Origin: a bacterium
GTDB taxonomy: Bacteria; Bdellovibrionota; UBA2428
Length of the DNA stretch: 64,000 bases
Assembly: GCA_009991595.1 (NCBI GenBank)
Contig: JAACVK010000022.1
Coordinates: 14,965-78,964 of the forward strand
Reading direction: 5' to 3'
The notes beneath the pieces were generated by a model. That model was not told the DNA's origin. It did not search any database and was given only the letters and a program-made list of their open reading frames with translations. Each line of letters starts with the position of its first letter. Within the stretch, counting starts at the first letter, position 1. Below, piece after piece: positions 9,560 through 16,527 of this stretch. Position numbers and translations under genes: made by a program.

Positions 9560-10768
9560 TTGTGTATGGTTATGTGGATAAGTTTTATACTTTTAGCCCT
9601 AGTGACGGGTGCAATTTGTGGCTTTTTTTTAGCCCGTTCGAACGCTCAAAAAGACAAGCTCGCCTTTGAACAACTATTAAAACAAGAGTCAGCAGCTACC
9701 GCTCGCGCTGAAGAGCTTCAAAAGCGTCTTAGCGAACAAAAGGACGTCTTTGAGAAAAACACCAGTGACCTATTTGAAAAGTTTCAAAATCTTTCACATA
9801 AAATGCTCGATGAAAATACGGAGAAACTTCGAAAAAGAAACGAAGACGGACTCGGGACAATATTAAAACCTTTAAAAGAAAAACTTTTTGAATTCGAAAA
9901 GAAAGTTCAAAGCACTTACGACAACGAATCCCGAGAGAGATTTGCTCTTAAAGAAGAAATTAAAAGAATTGCCGAAATCAATCAAAAGATGACGGCTGAA
10001 GCCTCTAACTTGACCCGCGCCCTTAAGGGCGACGTCAAAACTCAGGGAAACTGGGGTGAGATAATCTTAGAAAGAATCCTTATCTCCTCGGGTCTTCGAG
10101 AAGGAGAGGAATACATCCTTCAGGGCAAAGAAATGAAAATCAACAGCGAAGAGGGTCGCTCCCTTCGTCCGGATGCCATCATTAATCTTCCAGACGACAA
10201 GCATTTAATTGTTGATAGTAAAGTGTCGCTCGTTGCCTTTGAACGTTTGAGCAACAGCGACGACCCAAACCAACAGCAGCTTTACATGAAAGAATTTTTC
10301 ACTTCGGTCGACGCTCACGTCCGCGGTCTTTCCGATAAACACTACGCCTCTGCAAGGGGAGTTAACTCCCCTGACTTTGTCTTCTTGTTCATGCCCATTG
10401 AAGCCGCTTTTTTAACCTATATCAAAGAGAATAAAGAGGGCTTCTCAAGAGCATGGGAAAAGAAAATAATGATTGTTGGCCCCTCTACCCTATGGCCCTG
10501 CCTGAGAACAGTTTCTTCTCTTTGGAAGAACGAAAGACAAAACCAAAATGCTCTTAAGATCGCGCAGCACGCAGGAAGTCTTTACGACAAGTTTGCTAAT
10601 TTTGTCACAGACCTTGAACGAGTTGGAAAATCTATTACCGACGCACAAGGAAATTACGATGCAGCTCTGGCCAAACTAAAAGACGGGAAAGGAAATCTTT
10701 TACGACAAACTGAGCGGCTTCGTGATCTAGGCGCAAAGACAAAAAGAAAACTAGAAATCGAGCCTTAA
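9560..10768 (+). CDS. rmuC: DNA recombination protein RmuC
   Basis: N-terminal TM plus coiled coil, KTQGNWGE, LRPD, IVDSKVSL, DFVFLFMP. Confidence 0.93.
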   Translation: MCMVMWISFILLALVTGAICGFFLARSNAQKDKLAFEQLLKQESAATARAEELQKRLSEQKDVFEKNTSDLFEKFQNLSHKMLDENTEKLRKRNEDGLGTILKPLKEKLFEFEKKVQSTYDNESRERFALKEEIKRIAEINQKMTAEASNLTRALKGDVKTQGNWGEIILERILISSGLREGEEYILQGKEMKINSEEGRSLRPDAIINLPDDKHLIVDSKVSLVAFERLSNSDDPNQQQLYMKEFFTSVDAHVRGLSDKHYASARGVNSPDFVFLFMPIEAAFLTYIKENKEGFSRAWEKKIMIVGPSTLWPCLRTVSSLWKNERQNQNALKIAQHAGSLYDKFANFVTDLERVGKSITDAQGNYDAALAKLKDGKGNLLRQTERLRDLGAKTKRKLEIEP

Positions 10769-11314
10769 CTAGTTTGGGCGACACTCAACCTGAACGCGAC
10801 CCAAGTAGGTCGCGTGTCGCGCGTCTTTCTTGTGAACAAAAACTTCGGCGGCGCCAGCTACTTTTGATCCTCCACCTACAGGAGATGACGTTGACAAGTC
10901 TATAATCAATCGCTCCGCTTCTGCAGAAGGATTCTGTAAATAAAACTGATAGGTATTCAAACTCGCTCCAACCTGACGCTTTCGAACAGAAGAGCCATTT
11001 TTTTCGTTAACAATCCAATAGTCTTGTCCACGATTTACGCTTTCCCAAAGAATTTCATTTTCTGCCTTTTCAACACCAAATGATTGCTTGGTAGAAACGG
11101 ACGGACTTGCCCCAATTTCGGAATTGAGTTTAACCTCGACACCAATCGAATTCAGACCTGTGAGATATTCCTCAGCACTAAACTTAAGCTCGATTTGCGA
11201 GGCCGTTGGACCAATGGAAACACACTCAAAATCAGATTCGGCATCTGCGAATACAGACAGCGCCAATAACACTGACAACGTAAACAATAAGCACTTGATC
11301 CATTCCTTGGACAT
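10769..11314 (-). CDS. Secreted hypothetical protein (181 aa)
   Basis: SD GAAGGGGG, signal peptide ending LALSVFA; Cys near both ends of the mature chain. Confidence 0.7.
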   Translation of the reverse strand: MSKEWIKCLLFTLSVLLALSVFADAESDFECVSIGPTASQIELKFSAEEYLTGLNSIGVEVKLNSEIGASPSVSTKQSFGVEKAENEILWESVNRGQDYWIVNEKNGSSVRKRQVGASLNTYQFYLQNPSAEAERLIIDLSTSSPVGGGSKVAGAAEVFVHKKDARHATYLGRVQVECRPN

Positions 11315-11394
11315 GGCCCCCTTCTAGCACACTGCATTAAAATCTGCCAAATTACTTTGTTTATAACCTCTCTAGGGGCCTCTATAGTGTGTAA

Positions 11395-12057
11395 ATGACC
11401 GCTGAAAACGTCGTAAATCCTCAAAATTACACAGGCCTTCGCGGTCTTCTTCACCGAATCAAAGCCTGGACGGAGGCTCAAGCCCTCAAACCACAAGCCG
11501 TATGGATACTTTTCATATTAGCTTTCTTGGAAAGCTCCTTTTTTCCAATCCCACCCGACGTTCTGCTGGTTGCCATGTGTGTTTCAGCCCCCCAAAAGTC
11601 GCTGAAATATGCTTTTGTTTGCACCTTGGGCTCGGTTCTTGGTGGAATGGCCGGTTATGGCATTGGTCACATGCTTTGGTGGGAAGTGGGCACTCAAAAC
11701 TTTAGCCCCATCGCCCAGGCCTTTTTTGATTATGTTCCTGGGTTTAATCTTCACAAGTTTGAATCGGTTCAAGCTCTTTACGAGAGATTTGATTTCTGGG
11801 TCGTGTTTGCAGCTGGCTTTACCCCCATCCCTTATAAGATATTCACAATCACCGGTGGTGTTTTTAACATCCCTTTCATCCCTTTTGTTTTAGCTTCATT
11901 AGTAGGAAGAGCTGGAAGGTTCTTTTTAGTGGCGGGTTTGTTTTTTGTTTACGGAAAGCAGATCAAGGTTTTCATCGACAAGTATCTCGAAATCCTTTCC
12001 ATTGCTTTTTTACTACTCTTAATTGCAGGCTTTGCTCTTATTAAATTTGCTCTCTGA
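11395..12057 (+). CDS. DedA/YqaA (VTT domain) membrane protein
   Basis: FLESSFFPIPPD, GSVLGG, AGFTPIPYKIF, GRAGRFF. Confidence 0.9.
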   Translation: MTAENVVNPQNYTGLRGLLHRIKAWTEAQALKPQAVWILFILAFLESSFFPIPPDVLLVAMCVSAPQKSLKYAFVCTLGSVLGGMAGYGIGHMLWWEVGTQNFSPIAQAFFDYVPGFNLHKFESVQALYERFDFWVVFAAGFTPIPYKIFTITGGVFNIPFIPFVLASLVGRAGRFFLVAGLFFVYGKQIKVFIDKYLEILSIAFLLLLIAGFALIKFAL

Positions 12058-12917
12058 TGAAACCAGTCGAATGTAACTACAGCATTCCCGGCTTGAAAAT
12101 CACAGGATGGAAAACCGGCAAAGCCACAAAAGGAAGAGTCGTTGCTCTTCATGGATGGCTCGATAATGCCAACAGCTTTATTCCACTAGCAAAGCAGTTC
12201 CCCGAAGGCTGGGAACTCATAAGTTTAGATCTTGCAGGTCACGGCAGCTCTCAATGGAGAGCCGAAGGCTCCAGCTATCACTTCTTAGATTACGTGACCG
12301 ATACTCTAAGGCTTTGCAAACAATTAGAAGATAAGCCCTTGGTGATTATGGGACACTCACTCGGCGCAGCGATTGCAACCATCATCGCCTCCTGCCCACC
12401 CCAAAACCTTAAAGCGGCCGTGCTGATCGACGGACTAGGGCCACTCAGCAATCCCCCCGAAATTTCTCACAAAAAATACACTCAGTTTTTGAAAAGCCAA
12501 GAAAAACTTAGCGCTCAAAAAACCCACTACTATAAGAGCTTTGATGAGATTTTGAACAAAAGACTCAAAGCAAGCCCAATGAACAAAGAGGCAGCCAGGT
12601 TAATTCTGGAAAGAAGTCTCTTAAAAGACACCAATGGCTATAGTTGGAAAAGCGACCCGCGCCACATGGCCAAAAATCCTTCACGCTTAACCGAAGCCCA
12701 AGTCATCAACTTTTTAGAAAACATTCAGGTGCCTACTCTTTTCATCGAAGCCAAAACTGGCGAATACTTCCACTTTCGCTATAAAATTTTAGGCGGAAGA
12801 TTAAAACACACCAAGCACACAACCCACATCACCGTCGATGGCGACCACCACGTCCACTGTGATAACCCAAAGCATGTTGCAAAAGAAATCACTGCTTTCC
12901 TAAATAATATTCCTTAG
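12057..12917 (+). CDS. Alpha/beta fold hydrolase
   Basis: LHGWLDNANSF, DLAGHG, GHSLG nucleophile elbow, C-terminal HHVH. Confidence 0.9.
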   Translation: MKPVECNYSIPGLKITGWKTGKATKGRVVALHGWLDNANSFIPLAKQFPEGWELISLDLAGHGSSQWRAEGSSYHFLDYVTDTLRLCKQLEDKPLVIMGHSLGAAIATIIASCPPQNLKAAVLIDGLGPLSNPPEISHKKYTQFLKSQEKLSAQKTHYYKSFDEILNKRLKASPMNKEAARLILERSLLKDTNGYSWKSDPRHMAKNPSRLTEAQVINFLENIQVPTLFIEAKTGEYFHFRYKILGGRLKHTKHTTHITVDGDHHVHCDNPKHVAKEITAFLNNIP

Positions 12918-13274
12918 AGAAGCCAAGCTTCCAATAAACCAGCCTGTTGACTCGCTGCGTCCTAACGTTCTTTTCTTATTTCACGAAACGCTAAAAACAA
13001 AACCATTCAACGCTACCACAACCTACTCAATCCAAAGTTTATCTACAGTGGCAAAGCCGTTGCTCTGGCAAGCTCTACAACCCACCCTGTTACACAATTT
13101 TTCTACTGCTCAAGAACGCGTGTCTTGCTTGTCCCACTCTTTGCTTTTCAATCAATTCTTCGAAGATTATTTTTTAGATTTTCACGCATTATAAGAAAAT
13201 CTTTTGCCCAAACAAGAAACTTAAGCAGCTTTTGATTTGAACAAACAAATTTTATAGATTGAAACAGTTAAACC

Positions 13275-13832
13275 ATGAAGCAGATACCCACCAAGCCCTT
13301 CTACTATGTAAGACACGGACAAACCGACGCAAATGCAAATGGGTTAACCTGTGGTGGAGACTGGGACCTTCCCCTAAATGAACTTGGCTTGTCTCAAGCT
13401 TCGAAATTGGCGAGTAAGTTACTAAGTTTCAGTCCAAAAATTGAAGAAATCCGCTGTAGCCCGATGATACGAGCCAAACAAACAGCTGAGACCCTTAACT
13501 CCCTTTTAAAAGCGCCCATGTCTATCGTTGAAGGTCTGCGCGAGTGGCGAGTTGGAGATTGGGAAAAGCTTCCATGGGAAAATGTCCCAAACCCTTTCAA
13601 CACCACGGAAGATCCTAGTAACGGTGAAACCCGAGAAGCTTTTGAAGAGCGGGTAACAAATACAATTTCGAATGAACTTAAAAACACAACCAAGACCTTA
13701 CTCTTTGTTTCCCACGGCGCATTTGCTCATGCTCTATTCACCTATCTCGGAATAGAGCAATCCCGCATAGAAAACTGCGAACTTTACCAAGTCGAACCTA
13801 TCGACCACAAATGGACCCTCGTTAAGATTTAG
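13275..13832 (+). CDS. Histidine phosphatase (phosphoglycerate mutase-like) family protein
   Basis: VRHGQT, SPMIRA, LRE, VSHG motifs. Confidence 0.9.
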   Translation: MKQIPTKPFYYVRHGQTDANANGLTCGGDWDLPLNELGLSQASKLASKLLSFSPKIEEIRCSPMIRAKQTAETLNSLLKAPMSIVEGLREWRVGDWEKLPWENVPNPFNTTEDPSNGETREAFEERVTNTISNELKNTTKTLLFVSHGAFAHALFTYLGIEQSRIENCELYQVEPIDHKWTLVKI

Positions 13833-13912
13833 GGATTAAAAATTGCCATTGATAACGAGCTCGACACTAACGACTCACCGTTTCGCAAGGGTTACTCCGT
13901 CACTTTATAGCT

Positions 13913-14437
13913 TTAGAACAAATAGCCAGTAGATAAGCCAAACCTCGTTCTATAAACTCTATCGTCTGCGCTCAAAAAACTCAAAGAGGACAGATAGCTA
14001 AGCTCAACACCAAAGGTCCAATGAGCAGCCAAGTCTATGTCCAAACCTACAAGTGGACCAACGACAAATTCATTGTAGTTTACTTTGGCTCCATCTAAAC
14101 TAAAGTTTGAGTGAGCCAAGCCCATCAAAGCACCTAAGCGGAAGAATGCAGAGTGAAAGGGGATAACATAAGAACCCCCAACAGTGTAAAGATTTACAGA
14201 TGCTCCCGTAACATCTCCGCCACTTTTTCCCTCAACCAAATAGCTCAGTTCAGCCGAACCTTGCGCCCAAAACTCTTCACTGATTCGAGGTTTTGCAATA
14301 AGAGCAAGATCCATAGAGTTCACGTTTTCCCAAAAGGATACTCCTCCACCAAACTCCACGCTGAAGTCCAACGAAAAAGCAGGGGCAGAAAACATTATGC
14401 CAACGAGTAATGAAAATAATTTATTCTTTAGAAACAT
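13913..14437 (-). CDS. Small outer-membrane beta-barrel protein
   Basis: Signal peptide (SAPAFS), alternating beta-strand pattern, C-terminal aromatic GYLF. Confidence 0.7.
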   Translation of the reverse strand: MFLKNKLFSLLVGIMFSAPAFSLDFSVEFGGGVSFWENVNSMDLALIAKPRISEEFWAQGSAELSYLVEGKSGGDVTGASVNLYTVGGSYVIPFHSAFFRLGALMGLAHSNFSLDGAKVNYNEFVVGPLVGLDIDLAAHWTFGVELSYLSSLSFLSADDRVYRTRFGLSTGYLF

Positions 14438-14444
14438 GAACGAA

Positions 14445-14473
14445 AGTTTACATTAGGAATTTTTTCAAGACAA
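14445..14473 (-). promoter_or_regulatory. Putative sigma70 promoter of the beta-barrel gene (leaderless geometry)
   Basis: Minus strand TTGTCT-N17-TAAACT-N7-ATG. Confidence 0.5.
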
Positions 14474-14489
14474 CTAAGCCGCAGTGTCA

Positions 14490-14517
14490 TGCCCAAAAGT
14501 GGCGGCATCTTTGGGCA
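14490..14517. repeat. Short GC-rich inverted repeat
   Basis: TGCCCAAAAG...CTTTGGGCA hairpin beside the larger palindromic element. Confidence 0.5.
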
Positions 14518-14533
14518 AATTTAGCGCAGCAGG

Positions 14534-14644
14534 TTTTACAAAGGATTTTTCTTCCTAACGAGGCTTGAAGGAGCGAAGTGTACATTAGCGAAGCGGTACA
14601 TGAGCGACTGAAAACGAAGTTAGGGAGGAAAAGCCGAAGTAAAA
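14534..14644 (+). repeat. 111-bp imperfect palindromic element (REP/RPE/MITE-like) at the tRNA 3' end
   Basis: TTTTAC/GTAAAA, GGATTTTTCTTCCTAAC/GTTAGGGAGGAAAAGCC and TGTAC/GTACA arms with tandem GA mismatches and a GCGAAGC loop. Confidence 0.7.
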
Positions 14645-14721
14645 TGGCGCACCCGACAGGAATCGAACCTATAACCTCCTGATTCGTAGTCAGGTGCTCT
14701 ATCCAGTTGAGCTACGGGTGC
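14645..14721 (-). tRNA. tRNA-Arg (anticodon ACG, edited to ICG)
   Basis: GCACCCGTAGCTCAACTGGATAGAGCACCTGACTACGAATCAGGAGGTTATAGGTTCGATTCCTGTCGGGTGCGCCA: 77 nt cloverleaf, anticodon stem CCTGA/TCAGG, encoded CCA. Confidence 0.98.
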
Positions 14722-14737
14722 ATTGGCTTAAACGCTT

Positions 14738-15202
14738 TTAGCGCTTTTGTTTGAAAAAATCCACCAAGAGTTGTCGACATTCTTGCTCTAAAACACCTGA
14801 AATGGCCTCAAAGCGATGATTCAGCCGTTCATCGGCCGGAATGTTATACAAGGAGCCCATAGCTCCAAATTTTTGATCGAAGGCCCCGAAAACACAGCGT
14901 TTTATCCGAGCATGTGAAAGCGCCCCAGCGCACATAAAACAAGGCTCAAGCGTGCTCACAACCGTGTAATCACTCAACCTCCACTTGCCTAGCTTTTGAG
15001 AAGCTCCTTTTAAAAGCAAAATTTCCGCATGGCCGGTAGGGTCGTTTAACTGTTCTTTTTTGTTATAGGCTTCAAAAATTATCTCACCTTGATCGTCCAC
15101 CAAAACAGCCGCCACAGGCACTTCGCCCTCAGTTGCAGCTTGCTTTGCAAGTTCAATGGCTCGCTTCATAGGAGCCGTAAACTGAGCTAAATCTAAAGTC
15201 AT
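14738..15202 (-). CDS. tadA: tRNA adenosine(34) deaminase
   Basis: GEVPV, DPTGHAE, TLEPCFMC zinc motifs, FFKQKR tail. Confidence 0.93.
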   Translation of the reverse strand: MTLDLAQFTAPMKRAIELAKQAATEGEVPVAAVLVDDQGEIIFEAYNKKEQLNDPTGHAEILLLKGASQKLGKWRLSDYTVVSTLEPCFMCAGALSHARIKRCVFGAFDQKFGAMGSLYNIPADERLNHRFEAISGVLEQECRQLLVDFFKQKR

Positions 15203-16509
15203 TTAATAACTTCGAGGCCACCCATGTAAGGCTTCAACACCTCAGGAACCGTAACACTTCCATCTTCGTTTTGATAATTTTCAATCACTGCAATAAGCGT
15301 TCTACCAACCGCAAGTCCAGAGCCGTTTAAGGTGTGAACAAAGCGGGTTCCTTTAAATTCAGTTGATTTAAAACGAATGCTAGATCTTCTTGCTTGATAG
15401 TCACTGCAATCTGAACAAGAGGAAATTTCTCTGTAACAACCGCGCTCAGCACCTTCATGAGTGGAGCCAGGCAACCACACTTCGATGTCGTAAGTCTTTT
15501 GTGCATTATTGCCCATATCCCCTGAGCTCAAAAGCATTACCCGGTAAGCAATTTTTAGTTTTTGTAAAACATCTTCCGCATCCGATAGCATTGCTTCAAG
15601 TTCATTTAAGCTGTCTTCTGGCTTACACAACTTAACCAATTCAACTTTATGAAACTGATGCTGACGAATCAGCCCCCTAGTATCTTTTCCGTAAGAGCCC
15701 GCCTCGCTTCTAAAACAAGGAGAAAAAGCCACAAATTTTTGAGGCAAATCTTCCTCAGCTAGCATTTCTCCTGCATAGAGACTCGTTAGCGGAACTTCAG
15801 AGGTCGGAATTAAATAACGATCTTGCCCCTCTAGCTTATAAACATCTTCTGAAAACTTAGGAAACTGGCCTATGCCATACATGGTGGCTGCATTGACAAT
15901 GTATGGAGGAACGATTTCCTGATAGCCTTTGGTCCTATGCAAATCGATCATAAAGTTTGCAAGAGCACGCTCGAGTTGCGCCAAACCAGAGCGCAAAAAA
16001 ACAAAACGAGCACCCGTAGTTTTGGCCGCACGATCAAAATCAATTTGCCCACTAAGCTCACCTATTTCATCGTGAGATCTTGGCTTAAATTTAAACTCAG
16101 GCTTAACACCCCAACCCCTAACAAACTTATTTTCTTTTTCACCTTTACCAACGGGAACGCTTTCATGAGCTAAATTGGGTAGTCTTTCAATGGCAGAATT
16201 AAAAGACGCTTCTGACTCAGTTACCCCAGCCTCAAGTGAGCTAATCTGTTCACCAATGGTCTTGGCCTCAAGCTTTACGGCTTCTGCTTGATCTTTTTTT
16301 CCTTCACGCATTAAGCTGCCAACACTTTGAGACAGCTGATTACGCTTAGCCTTCAACAAATCGGCTTCTTGTTGCTTTGAAACTCTCGCTAATGAAAGAT
16401 CTAGAACCTTCTGGCAGGCCGAAGAGGCTTCATCATGTGAATAGCCTCTCTTTTCAAGTGCAGCTACAAAACCTTTAGGATCTTTTACTATCAATCGCCA
16501 ATCTAACAT
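15199..16509 (-). CDS. serS: Serine--tRNA ligase
   Basis: N-terminal coiled coil, LIPTSE, FRSEAGSYG, RQHQFHKVE, EISSCS, TLNGSGLA. Confidence 0.98.
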   Translation of the reverse strand: MLDWRLIVKDPKGFVAALEKRGYSHDEASSACQKVLDLSLARVSKQQEADLLKAKRNQLSQSVGSLMREGKKDQAEAVKLEAKTIGEQISSLEAGVTESEASFNSAIERLPNLAHESVPVGKGEKENKFVRGWGVKPEFKFKPRSHDEIGELSGQIDFDRAAKTTGARFVFLRSGLAQLERALANFMIDLHRTKGYQEIVPPYIVNAATMYGIGQFPKFSEDVYKLEGQDRYLIPTSEVPLTSLYAGEMLAEEDLPQKFVAFSPCFRSEAGSYGKDTRGLIRQHQFHKVELVKLCKPEDSLNELEAMLSDAEDVLQKLKIAYRVMLLSSGDMGNNAQKTYDIEVWLPGSTHEGAERGCYREISSCSDCSDYQARRSSIRFKSTEFKGTRFVHTLNGSGLAVGRTLIAVIENYQNEDGSVTVPEVLKPYMGGLEVIK

Positions 16510-16527
16510 TTTTTCATCTCTCTATTT

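Noticed and set aside
12918-14644. Prophage or genomic island integrated at tRNA-Arg
   Set aside because: No integrase or phage genes, and no duplicated tRNA 3' end seen.
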